From: a virus
Lineage: Duplodnaviria > Heunggongvirae > Uroviricota > Caudoviricetes
IMG/VR virus record: IMGVR_UViG_3300042868_009434
DNA length: 43,338 bases
Reading direction: 5' to 3' (one strand)
The translations under genes and the position numbers were made by a program. The notes beneath the pieces were generated by a model. It was given only the letters and a program-made list of their open reading frames with translations, had not been told where the DNA came from and searched no databases. Below, one piece after another: positions 28,080-39,000 of this stretch (position 1 is the stretch's first letter; every line of letters starts with the position of its first letter).

Positions 28080-31000
28080 TTATAAAGTGAAAACGTCACT
28101 TACTATAGTTTGAACTAAAACTTCACCACCAATCGGAGATGTATTACCATACGGTTTATATTGTACTTGTAATCTAAAATTCCCCAATTTATTAATATTA
28201 ATTAAATTAGTATAATTAGTAGCAACACTTCCACTACCACCATAATTTGCAATTTCATATGTTTCAGCGTATAAAACTCTATTATTAATAGCTTTTCGTT
28301 CGTCAAATGGTTCTTGAGTTGTTAATTGATATGTAATATATCCTCCATCCGGTTTTTTAATATTATAATAATCCCAACCTCTTCCTTGTAACTCAGTAGA
28401 TTCACCTATTTTAATGAACGCAATTTTTTGAGGTGGGAATGTCGGTAATGTTTGACTACTTGGAACATTAACAACCGGAACTTGTGATTGATTTGGTAAT
28501 GTATACCATACTTTAAATGGGAATTGTTGTACCACAGGTTGTTCTTGTCCTTTATACGCTTTAAGAATAAACACAATATCAATCTGTGTTTTACCTTCAA
28601 TTTTAGGGATATTAGTTATAAAATAAGATTCAACATCATTTAAGGTAACATTGAATTGATTATTTGTTACTTGTCCTCCAACACCTATCACACTTTGTGA
28701 AATATATTTTCGAGTTACTTGACCGTTAACTTCTTCTAATTCATACACTACATATTTCATATCAGGATTAGGTGATAATACCCATCCAGTTTCCTGTGGA
28801 TTTATCTTAACATTTAATGATTGAGTTTTACTAGCGTTTAACTGAACCGCGGTACCAATCATAGTAATATTACCCACAGTCTGAGGATTAGTATTTACAG
28901 TCTCAGTTTGAGGGGTATTTGCAGTTTGATTTTGAGGATTTTGATAACCCCCCGGTGATGCTGCAGCAGATGCTGGTAATGCAGGGTCATAGGTAAATTG
29001 GTCAATTGTTGTAAATGTACCAAAATCAGTAGTGACAACAATAAACCCTTTCTTAACCACATTATCAGGTAAAAATTTAGGCGTAATAACTCTCATCGTT
29101 GAATCATTAAACACCGTTATACCTGTCATTCCAACCTCAACTCCGTTAACTTTAACCGATTTAACACCATTAAAGTTTCTACCATTAAGTTGTACAATCG
29201 TTCCTGTATTACCTGACAATGGTGAGAACGATGATATAACCGGTGGTGGACAAGATTGACCAGGTAATGGCGGAATCGGTGAAGGTGTTGGTGTAACACC
29301 CGGACTACTACCATTATTATCGGTTTCATTTATTTGGTTTAATAAATCAGATACAATTTCTTTAGTTGCAACCTCAACCCCTTTGGACAATGCAGACGTT
29401 AAAGCCTTTTCCATTGTCCTTTTTAAAGTTTTATACTCATCGATATTTTTATCGTAATCACTTGGTGAAACATTCTTTTGAGGGTAGAAACAAACATAAT
29501 ATTTTACCAAACCAATATCTAAAACTCTGTCAATATTATTAATCAACCTATCTCTCATAAAAGTAATATATGTATCGAGTGTTGAAAAACTTGCCAACGG
29601 TAATGAAATATTAGTCGATGGATTTGTTTGAACATTAACACAAGAATAAGGTTTTAAAAATAATGTTGATGTAGCTCCATAGTCAATATCTAACGAAACT
29701 GACGCCAAGTTATTACTCCATCCATTAAATTCACCCGCATTACTATTACTTATTTTTTCAAATGAACGAGCATAAGAGATACAATAAATAATAGTTTGAA
29801 GTACCGGTAGATTCGGTATCAATCTCTTAAGAGCCTCAGCAAATTTCGCCTCAGTAACACTAGTTTTGGTTGCATCAACCACATTATACCCTGCATTCAG
29901 ATATACCGGAAGAACTTTACTACTACAAGTATTTGAAGCAGCTTTAGTTGAATTACCGTTTTGTTGAATATTTTTACTCTTACTTGAATCTGTTGATGCT
30001 GATAACACATTAATAACATCTTTCTTAATCTTAAGAATCGATTCTAATTTAGTTAATAAGTTCTGATTAATACTTTGAATAAAGTTATCTATCGCGGGTA
30101 AATCATACACCCCTTGTCTAATACCTTGAAATGATGTTTGGAATTGACCCGGTTGAATACTATGTTCAACTTGTTGTATCATATATGGTCCATTAAACAT
30201 TGGAACGTGTCTTAAATTAAAATACATGGTTGGTTGCAACAACGCATTTCCTAAGCAAACAACAGAACATTTATAACTTCTCTGTTTGTATAGATTATAT
30301 AAACTTGCATTTTGGGTTGTAACATTTTTTCCTGATGCTTGGTCAACCATATTAATTTGGGCATTTATCGATTCTGATGTAGCGGTCCCATTATCTTGGG
30401 AAACACTAAAAGAATAAAATATACTCTGATTACGAGTTCCAATATCAACATTAAATCCAACACATTTGTTAGATAAAGCCCAATCTTTTTTACCCTGTTG
30501 ATTTTCAATTAATGGATTTTCAGACGCTCTTCTCATTTCAAAACCATCATCTCTAAATCTAAAATTACCTTTTGGTAAATCCAAATATTGAGATGGTTTA
30601 CCCACATAAAAACAAACCATTTTTGAACTCGATTTTCTATAGTCGACATCCAAGAATGTCCCCCACATACTATTAGCAAATCCTAAAGAACCCTCTGATT
30701 TATTTGGAATAACTGTTCCATCAACATCTTGAACATTATAAAAATTAATATATGCCGGTAAATTCATTACTGTGAAATTATTACTAATTAATAATCCACT
30801 AATGAAGGTGTAAACACTCATAGCTTGGTTTAACGAATAATCTCCATCTTTACCACCAACACCAAACATTCCTTGTATATCAAAGATATTCAATATGATA
30901 GTATCACCAATATTTCTTGATGCCCTATCTAAAAATAACATATCCTCAAATAATGTTTTTGTTTTATAGTCACCACCCGCAATCCATTTATCATTAAGAG

Positions 31001-34000
31001 CTTTGAACACTTCGTAATTTTCAACTTTACTTTGTTCCCCATCAATTGCACTTCTATTCACCCTTTCAGGTAATTGTTGTTGGTTTGGTAAATCTCTTCT
31101 AACCCCATCTAAAACTAAATTTAAGAAATTGTCTTGTAATACACTTTCATTGTTTAAGTATTGATTAATCTGATTTTGAAATTGAGCAACCGTAATTGTT
31201 GGGTTTTTCAATTTTTGAGTTGCGTACATCTTAATTATTGGTGCCAATAAAACAACATTATCAGTTGTAAATTCAATATTATTATTCACAAAGAAATCAG
31301 TTATGTATGAACCGGTACTACTATACTCAACATTTCTTATCGTTGAAAATCCAACTTCAGTTTCAAGTGCTATCCACGCGTTAGGATTTAACCCTTTTGA
31401 TTGTGAAACCGTTAACGTACCTCCATTTGTTGGAAGAGTATTTTGAATGTAAGGTCTAAATTTAACAGGGTCAACAACTTTTTGAGTGTTATTATGAGAT
31501 AAATAAGAATTAAAAAGTCTTCTTCTGTAATCAGATGGATTACCATATCTAAATAAAACATCATAATTCATAAAATCTTTAATACCACCTTGGAATGTAT
31601 TATATTGATTAGTAATTGTATTATTAAAATATTCATCTTCATTTATATTTGCCGATTTTGCCGGAACGGACATCAACCCTCTAAATAATGATTGGAAATT
31701 TTTAAAATTATTGTTATCATCAACGGTTGAAGTATAAAAAGAAGTCGTTTCTTTTATTGTTGAAATATCAGTAATTGGTTTACAGAAATTTAAAAACTCT
31801 TGTTCAAATGAGTCTAAAATTTTCTTCTCAAATACTGAGAATATTTCTTCAATTTTACTATATTTATCCTCATTTAATAACGACATAGGGGATTGTTCCT
31901 CTCCATTATTAATGAAATTTAAATATGAGTCGGGCTGAGGGTATTTAATCTGACTGTTATCAAAATAACCATAATTTGGGGCAGACCATAAAGTTCTAAC
32001 CGAACCATTGTATATATTTGGATTAAAAGTAAAATCAACTACAGCGTTATTAGTTGTTGTTAAATTTTCAACACAAGCAATTTGGGTTTGGTTATAAAAA
32101 GTACCAAAAGAAGGTACAACAAAATATTCAACACCTTTAGTATTATTAGTAGGGTCACAATCTACTCCAGTACCAAAATCTTTATTTTCTAACAATACAG
32201 AATATGTGAATAAATTTAACGTTTTATTACTTCGATTCGCAGTAATATTTGAGTTTTCAAAATTATAAACTTTCATCCCATTATTAACACTACTTTGAAT
32301 TTCACTATTGGTGTACTTATCGTATAACTCAAAACCTTTGTAAAAAACATTAAAGTCGTTTACAACTTTAGGATAAAACCCAATTTGCATTTTAACACTA
32401 TTCGAATCCTCTTGTTGTAATGTAATAGTTGTTGGTGTGTCATTTATTTTAAAATCATATGTTTGAGTAATTGAACTTAAAATAGGACTATAATTGGTTC
32501 TATAATCAAAATTCTTCCAAGCACTATCTAAAATATCTGTATTTGATTCCTTATATTTTTTATAACGATGCCAAACAGAACCATATTTTAAAATCCAAGC
32601 GTATGGTAATTTGTGAATAGCACCAAACTTATTAAAACATGACGATATATAATCTAAGTCAGTTGTAATATCATTTGACAATGTTTTATATCGTTCTCTT
32701 AATGAAGCCAATGGTAATGAATTCAAAAACAAATAAGCCGATTGAACAAACGGATAGGGGTCACTTGTTCTAATATTTTGAACACCATTTTGAATTGAAT
32801 TAACAAAATAAGGTGTGTTCAATATTGAAGTTGTAGTTCTAAATGGTAAAGCATTTGTTGGGGTTGTGTAATCACAATAACCTTCAGTCGCTACAAAAGT
32901 TTTTGGTGTTCGAAACTCATAAAAACCATTTAATCCCAATAATGCAAACACAGTAGGATTTTGATTTTGATAAAAAGAAAAATTTGTTACAGGTCTATTA
33001 GTAGTAAAATCATATACGTCTGTGAAATTTGCAATAACTTTTCTTGGTTCAAAAACTTTTAAAGTTTGTTTTGTATTAAAAACTTCATTTCCAACCGATT
33101 TATTACTTGAACTTAAATTGTTTAGACACCAAGTAGGGTCCGTATAAGGTAACGTATCAATAATCAATGGCTCGTTAGACGCATTAGATAATAAAGATTG
33201 TAACGCGTCTGATTTAGTATTTGATTGTGGTAGTTTACCAATATCGTTAACATTTAAAATACTATAAGAATTTTCCGTTAAATTTTTAATGTATGGTGTA
33301 ACAAAAAAATCTCTAATGTAATCTTGATAAGCTCTACCGGTTCCTGAATTTGAAATAGTTTTTAAAAACTCCTGATAATTTGATGCCTTTAAATCGTAAT
33401 TTTTTAATTTTAAACTTAAATACGGAGAACTCACACCAATCCCTTTAACAATATTATTAACCTCCGCCTCAGAGTTTAATTTAATTAATGAATCAATTTG
33501 ATTTTGATTGGCCCTAATTAAATTTGAATAATGTGATGTTAAAAATTGTCTTTCCCATATTTCATAAAAGAATTTAACTTCCTCTTTGTTAACATAAGGT
33601 AATCCTTCTGATGGAAATTCAATTGCATTAATATTAATCCTATTAGTATCTCTTTGATTATCTAATGGTGGTGGAGCTGAAGGTTGGCTAAATTTTTGAG
33701 TTAAACCAATCATATATTCTTCCACAAATTCAACCTCAGGCCATTTGTCATATAAATAACCTTGAGTTAAGTCAACAACTGATGGGTCCGCAATGTATTT
33801 CAATTGAAATCTCCCTTTAGTGTCTTCAGGTGTTTCAACAAAAAATAACGGCCATGGATAAACAGGTATCTCAGAATTACTTAAACCTTGATTTGATTGT
33901 TGAGCCTCTGTTGTTATAACCACTTTTTGTACTGTCTCCGAACTTGGAGCTGACGAAGTATTATCTAATATTGCTTGTTTTCTAACTGGGTCATATTTTA

Positions 34001-35780
34001 CATTCCATGCATTTGTATGAACGTCATCCATTAAACGAATAAACGCTTCAGCCGAAGCCATTACAACTGCAATCATATTCCTAACCGTTGGTTTAAATCC
34101 AAGACCTGTATCAGTATCTTCAATTTTTCTTAATAATTCAGCTGAGATTAACGCCTCGTATTCTGACAATTTTTTATTTGCCTGCGCCTCTATTAATGAT
34201 ATTTGATTGTCAAATCTTCCATTACCTTCAAATATGAAAAATTTTGTATTAACTATATCAACCGATGTTTTACCATTGGTTTCTGTTTTTGCAGCTGCAG
34301 GTGTTTTTGCAAGATAAATTAATTCTTTAACTTTTTGTTCATCCTCAATGGTTGGTAATACTTTACCTGTTTGTAACCTAACAGTTTCTTTCCAATTAAT
34401 AGATTCATCTGTTGGTGGGGCTATCTCAATCGTTTTTAATGTTATTGGATTAACAATTGGAGATTCACCATTCTTACCTAAAGTGGCATTTTCAGACAAA
34501 GCATTATTGAATTTTTTTATATAAGATTCCAACAATGTTATCGCATAGTCCTTATCTTCTCGGCTAAGTTCTTTAAATACATATATTTTTTCATTCCCAT
34601 TAGTTACAATAGGTTTTGGATTTAAATATTTATTGAACCATGAAAGATTTGAACCTCTAACAGCGTCAAAGTATTGTTTCAAAACTTCTTTATAACTTCT
34701 AATATTAGTAAGAGGGGCAACTTTTGCTCTAGGGAAAGATGCCATTATATTATTCTCAAACGTTTGTAATTTAGTCATTAACTGAAATAAAGTTAATTCA
34801 GGTAAATCAGGTGGAATTAATCCTTTGGATTTATATTCACTATAAACCTCGACAATTTTCTGATACCCTTTTTCAGAAACAATTTGAGTAACAACCTCAT
34901 CTTGACTTAAGGCGTTATTTTTAGAAACTGCTCCCTCAACTTTAGATTGAGATTCTGCTTGTTTGTTAGATTCTTGAGTACCTCCCGGAGTTGTAGATAT
35001 ATCAAATCTTTGACCATACATATGTGGTACCGCAAGTAAATGTCCCATTGATATTTCATTTAGAACATTAAACTTATACCCTTTAAACTTTAAACTAACT
35101 TGGTAATTTCCACTAAACGAATTAAATCGAGCGTTAAAAGTTTCTAAATTTAATTGATATCTAATCGCCTGACCATAATATCCTTTAAGTGTTAAATAAA
35201 ATTGTGGATATGGTAAGTTAAAAAACGCTGCGTATGGTGAATTATTACCCAATTGAAATAACGCTTTCCCTTGAACATCTTCCAATTCCATTGTAACTGA
35301 AGGAACGAATGATGAATTAGTAGTAACATTAATCTGTGTAATACCCAATAAACCATTATCGAAAACATCTTTTAAATTTGCAGGAGAACTAATAATATAA
35401 GGGGTGTCTCCATTTTTTGGGTCAACGGCCTTTTCCATCATTTGATTATCACCTTTAAATTTGGTTGAATTTTCACCTGTTAACTCATCGTAGTAACCTA
35501 CACCTAAAAACGAATCTTTGGTTGGTTTTAACATATTCATTTTGGCAACAGAAATAGTTCTAATTCTATCTTCAGGACTACCCCCTACTGCTAGTTTAGT
35601 TCTTGGGAGAACTTCTGCTTCCAAATTTGCATACATAACTAAACTCTCATGGTCAACCAATCTTTCTTGAATTTTACCCTGAGAGTCAATTGTTTTATTT
35701 GGGTCAACTACAATGATATTGTTGTAATCAAACTCAACTAAAATATCTCCGCTGTTGTCTGCCTGTAAGTTACCTGCCAT
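28080..35780 (-). CDS. Giant baseplate hub-like protein (gp27/gpD/VgrG-type halves) with C-terminal IPT/TIG domain
   Basis: 2566 aa. N-terminal LGITQINVTT..VPSVTMELEDVQG; hub C-terminal-like CSVVCLGNALLQPTMYFNL..FNGPYMIQQVEHSIQPGQFQTSFQGIR; IPT-like PVISSFSPLSGNTGTIVQLNGRNF...NDSTMRVITP...FTY. Follows the LysM/gp53-like gene, as in contractile tail loci. Confidence 0.65.
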   Translation of the reverse strand: MAGNLQADNSGDILVEFDYNNIIVVDPNKTIDSQGKIQERLVDHESLVMYANLEAEVLPRTKLAVGGSPEDRIRTISVAKMNMLKPTKDSFLGVGYYDELTGENSTKFKGDNQMMEKAVDPKNGDTPYIISSPANLKDVFDNGLLGITQINVTTNSSFVPSVTMELEDVQGKALFQLGNNSPYAAFFNLPYPQFYLTLKGYYGQAIRYQLNLETFNARFNSFSGNYQVSLKFKGYKFNVLNEISMGHLLAVPHMYGQRFDISTTPGGTQESNKQAESQSKVEGAVSKNNALSQDEVVTQIVSEKGYQKIVEVYSEYKSKGLIPPDLPELTLFQLMTKLQTFENNIMASFPRAKVAPLTNIRSYKEVLKQYFDAVRGSNLSWFNKYLNPKPIVTNGNEKIYVFKELSREDKDYAITLLESYIKKFNNALSENATLGKNGESPIVNPITLKTIEIAPPTDESINWKETVRLQTGKVLPTIEDEQKVKELIYLAKTPAAAKTETNGKTSVDIVNTKFFIFEGNGRFDNQISLIEAQANKKLSEYEALISAELLRKIEDTDTGLGFKPTVRNMIAVVMASAEAFIRLMDDVHTNAWNVKYDPVRKQAILDNTSSAPSSETVQKVVITTEAQQSNQGLSNSEIPVYPWPLFFVETPEDTKGRFQLKYIADPSVVDLTQGYLYDKWPEVEFVEEYMIGLTQKFSQPSAPPPLDNQRDTNRININAIEFPSEGLPYVNKEEVKFFYEIWERQFLTSHYSNLIRANQNQIDSLIKLNSEAEVNNIVKGIGVSSPYLSLKLKNYDLKASNYQEFLKTISNSGTGRAYQDYIRDFFVTPYIKNLTENSYSILNVNDIGKLPQSNTKSDALQSLLSNASNEPLIIDTLPYTDPTWCLNNLSSSNKSVGNEVFNTKQTLKVFEPRKVIANFTDVYDFTTNRPVTNFSFYQNQNPTVFALLGLNGFYEFRTPKTFVATEGYCDYTTPTNALPFRTTTSILNTPYFVNSIQNGVQNIRTSDPYPFVQSAYLFLNSLPLASLRERYKTLSNDITTDLDYISSCFNKFGAIHKLPYAWILKYGSVWHRYKKYKESNTDILDSAWKNFDYRTNYSPILSSITQTYDFKINDTPTTITLQQEDSNSVKMQIGFYPKVVNDFNVFYKGFELYDKYTNSEIQSSVNNGMKVYNFENSNITANRSNKTLNLFTYSVLLENKDFGTGVDCDPTNNTKGVEYFVVPSFGTFYNQTQIACVENLTTTNNAVVDFTFNPNIYNGSVRTLWSAPNYGYFDNSQIKYPQPDSYLNFINNGEEQSPMSLLNEDKYSKIEEIFSVFEKKILDSFEQEFLNFCKPITDISTIKETTSFYTSTVDDNNNFKNFQSLFRGLMSVPAKSANINEDEYFNNTITNQYNTFQGGIKDFMNYDVLFRYGNPSDYRRRLFNSYLSHNNTQKVVDPVKFRPYIQNTLPTNGGTLTVSQSKGLNPNAWIALETEVGFSTIRNVEYSSTGSYITDFFVNNNIEFTTDNVVLLAPIIKMYATQKLKNPTITVAQFQNQINQYLNNESVLQDNFLNLVLDGVRRDLPNQQQLPERVNRSAIDGEQSKVENYEVFKALNDKWIAGGDYKTKTLFEDMLFLDRASRNIGDTIILNIFDIQGMFGVGGKDGDYSLNQAMSVYTFISGLLISNNFTVMNLPAYINFYNVQDVDGTVIPNKSEGSLGFANSMWGTFLDVDYRKSSSKMVCFYVGKPSQYLDLPKGNFRFRDDGFEMRRASENPLIENQQGKKDWALSNKCVGFNVDIGTRNQSIFYSFSVSQDNGTATSESINAQINMVDQASGKNVTTQNASLYNLYKQRSYKCSVVCLGNALLQPTMYFNLRHVPMFNGPYMIQQVEHSIQPGQFQTSFQGIRQGVYDLPAIDNFIQSINQNLLTKLESILKIKKDVINVLSASTDSSKSKNIQQNGNSTKAASNTCSSKVLPVYLNAGYNVVDATKTSVTEAKFAEALKRLIPNLPVLQTIIYCISYARSFEKISNSNAGEFNGWSNNLASVSLDIDYGATSTLFLKPYSCVNVQTNPSTNISLPLASFSTLDTYITFMRDRLINNIDRVLDIGLVKYYVCFYPQKNVSPSDYDKNIDEYKTLKRTMEKALTSALSKGVEVATKEIVSDLLNQINETDNNGSSPGVTPTPSPIPPLPGQSCPPPVISSFSPLSGNTGTIVQLNGRNFNGVKSVKVNGVEVGMTGITVFNDSTMRVITPKFLPDNVVKKGFIVVTTDFGTFTTIDQFTYDPALPASAAASPGGYQNPQNQTANTPQTETVNTNPQTVGNITMIGTAVQLNASKTQSLNVKINPQETGWVLSPNPDMKYVVYELEEVNGQVTRKYISQSVIGVGGQVTNNQFNVTLNDVESYFITNIPKIEGKTQIDIVFILKAYKGQEQPVVQQFPFKVWYTLPNQSQVPVVNVPSSQTLPTFPPQKIAFIKIGESTELQGRGWDYYNIKKPDGGYITYQLTTQEPFDERKAINNRVLYAETYEIANYGGSGSVATNYTNLININKLGNFRLQVQYKPYGNTSPIGGEVLVQTIVSDVFTL

Positions 35781-36093
35781 AATAATAAAAATGATTTTCT
35801 AACGATGCCTTATAATCCTGTAAAGATGGTAGTAAAGGAAATGGAATTATCAAGATAGCCCCGTCATATATATAATTTTCCAACCCACCAAATTGAGGAT
35901 TAGCTTGTAAAATTAACCAACTAAAATATGGTGAATTGTAATACTCCTGTGAAACTTTATCCAATCTACTTTTAGCAACTTTATAGATATAAGCTTTGTC
36001 AGTAGTTTTTTGAGGTAGTTGCACATACGGAACTACGGTTTGTTCACCGTTAATTAAAAATTCACTGTATCTATTCCAATATTGAAAAGCCAT
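35770..36093 (-). CDS. LysM-like baseplate wedge protein (T4 gp53 / P2 gpX-like)
   Basis: 107 aa. SRLDKVSQEYYNSPYFSWLILQANP...GAILIIP. Confidence 0.8.
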   Translation of the reverse strand: MAFQYWNRYSEFLINGEQTVVPYVQLPQKTTDKAYIYKVAKSRLDKVSQEYYNSPYFSWLILQANPQFGGLENYIYDGAILIIPFPLLPSLQDYKASLENHFYYYGR

Positions 36094-39000
36094 TAATTAA
36101 GTTTTACTTTTGAAATATATGCCAATGAATTAACTCCATCTTCACTATTCCATTTGTTTATGTCTGTATTTCTATTTGTCGTATCACCCAATGATGAAAT
36201 CATTGTTTCTTGAGATTTCTTTTTATTATCAGTAGCGGTAGTTAATGTCGTATAAAAAAACTCTCTAGATTTTTTATCAAAAGGTGTGTATATTAAGAAA
36301 TTTTTTAATGGTGTTTTCTCAATATTATCAATGAATGATTTTGTAATATTTGTTTCATTTAAGAATAATGGTTTTGTTTTAACCAACCAATAATCATCAA
36401 ATTTTTTCTCAATATCATCAAATCCGGTTCCAATAATACTAGCGTTACCAATTATATTACCAATCATTGCAGTTTTAAATGTTTCATATTTTTTAGTATC
36501 AAGAATATCATCTGAAATAATCATATAAACTCGTTTAAAAATATCATTTTGGAAGTCATTATTTTTACTAAAAGGATTAAACACTTTTTCAACCGTAGGT
36601 GCGTCAGTACCCGTTTTACCTTTAGTGTCAGTTCCATAAACTAAAATACCAGTATATTTTTGTCCCTCATACGTGAAATCATAAGTACTCGAAATAATTT
36701 TATTAAATTCAGTAATACCCGATTTAATTGTATTGATATCATTAACTAATTCAATTAATGTGTTTGCAACCCCATTTGATGTAATATTAACATTTGTTGT
36801 ACCACTTGTGTTATAAACCCTAACAGGACCTGATTTTGCTTGATATCCATCAGTACCCATATCAGTCATCCCTTGAAAAATAATAGTATTAGCCCTACCT
36901 AATGTTTGGATATAAGTTTGTTCAACATTAGTAACATCCTGAGTTATTTTACTAATTGCATTTTGGAATGAACCTCTTTTGTTTTTAACTAAATTAATGT
37001 AATTATCCTTAAGTTGTCGAATTACTTTAGTTGAAAACCCAAATGAAGGAGACGACATCCATTGTATAAAACCTTCATCTCCATCTGAAATGTTCTTCTG
37101 TAATGACGCAAAAATTTCATCAAATCTTTTTTCAACATTACTTGGTTTCCCAAATAATACAGTTGGATTCTCAGATACTCTTATAGAACCTTGAGTATAT
37201 GACCTTTCTAACATCCATTGTTGACGAACAGCGTTGTTATATTGATTAACACTTTCTTTTGTCTTATTAACAATTGTTTGGAAATAAGTTTGAGTTTCTT
37301 TAACAACTTTAACCATAAAATCAGAATAATTTAAAGTACCTTTCTCCTCAGTCGCAGTAACCTCATTTGTTGTAACTGTTCCAATAGCACTATTATTATT
37401 TTGACCATTTTCAACCTCTGCTTGATTCAATGTCGGTGGTGATGGAGGTGGTGCCATCGCTAAAAATTCTTTATCTAACGATTTTAAGAATTCTTCACTC
37501 GATGTAACATCTGCTCTATCGTCCCAAATCTCGGTATTAGCATAATAATTAAACGTTAACGCATTTTGTAATTTATCAATTGACTCTTTTAATCCACTAC
37601 CACCAACAAAATTAAATCCCATTGTCACATTTGCAATCATAGGTTGAATACCAATACCCTCAGGATTGATATCAAGTGATTCATATTGTAATGACAATGA
37701 CGTTGGTATTATTTTAGTATTATAAAAATCCCCAACACGTAATATCAATACTGGAGGTGCTCCAAAAGAAGTATTAGTAGCATTATTATATTGCAATTGT
37801 TGACTACCATTCACCTCTTTAATTGTTGGAATAGTGTCTCCCGGTCTTAAACATTGTTGTAAAAATGTTAGACGAGAGTTTAATCCTTCAGGAGTTGTTG
37901 AATGGAATGCAGGTTGAAAGAATTTTAATTTATCTCTCAAGTTATCATAAACCATAGGTGTTTCTGCCTTTATTGTTTCAAAATAATCACATTCTGATAA
38001 TAACGCTCTTAAAACTCTTTTAGTAATATTATCTCTAGGTTTGTACTCTTGACTAACAACATCTTCTTTAACCGTTTTTAATACTTTATTCTCCTCAAGA
38101 ACCGTAGTAAATTGTGCTGGAGGTGTAGTTGTTGGGTTATTTAAAGTTGACCTAATTGCACTAATATAGGCTCTTCTACATGCCATCGCACCATAAGTAT
38201 AAACTTCTTTAGCACCTACTTTAATGTCGCCTCCCACAACACTAGAGTCTTGGTCAGTACAATTTACACTTTGTTTACTAACAAAAGGTAATGTATATGG
38301 GGCTTGTCTTGATTTAGAAGCTAAAGGTAATGTAGTGGTTTGCTCCCCTAAACTTTTACCTTGATTTACTAATAATCGTTTACCAAACTCCTTTTTAGTA
38401 TTTTCATTTTCTTGGAAAAATTTAATAGCCGATTCAATCCTTCTTGTTGCTAATTCAGTATTATACGACGGACTCGCAGGTGCGGAACAACTTGCATCAA
38501 TTGTTATTGTCACAATACCCTGACTATTAGTACTTAATTGTTTACCAATATCAACCGCCAATTGTTTCATTACATCATAATTAGGTGTTACAACAGTTTC
38601 AAAAACTTCACTAGTTTGTGCCGCATTTGGTTTACTATTATAAACACTTTTATTACCTATATATAAATCATATTGAGATGGGTAAGCACTTACATTATTC
38701 TTTTGAGGATAATCATTTTCAAAATAGAATCCTAAATCTTTATACTTTCCAAATAAATCTTCACTACTTGCTTGAGAAACATTTGTATCAGCACCTGTAG
38801 TAGAATTATTACCTACCTGAATTGTTTTTTTAATATATTCAGTTTGTTCTTTTGTTGTTTCTTTTGAAGTAATTGCTTGTTGTAGCAAATATAAATCATT
38901 AGGATTAACCGTATAATATTTTTTAGCTAATTCATATAAATCATATTTTCTACATCCAGCAAAGAATGAATCTAAAATACTATCAATCCTTACTTTATTT

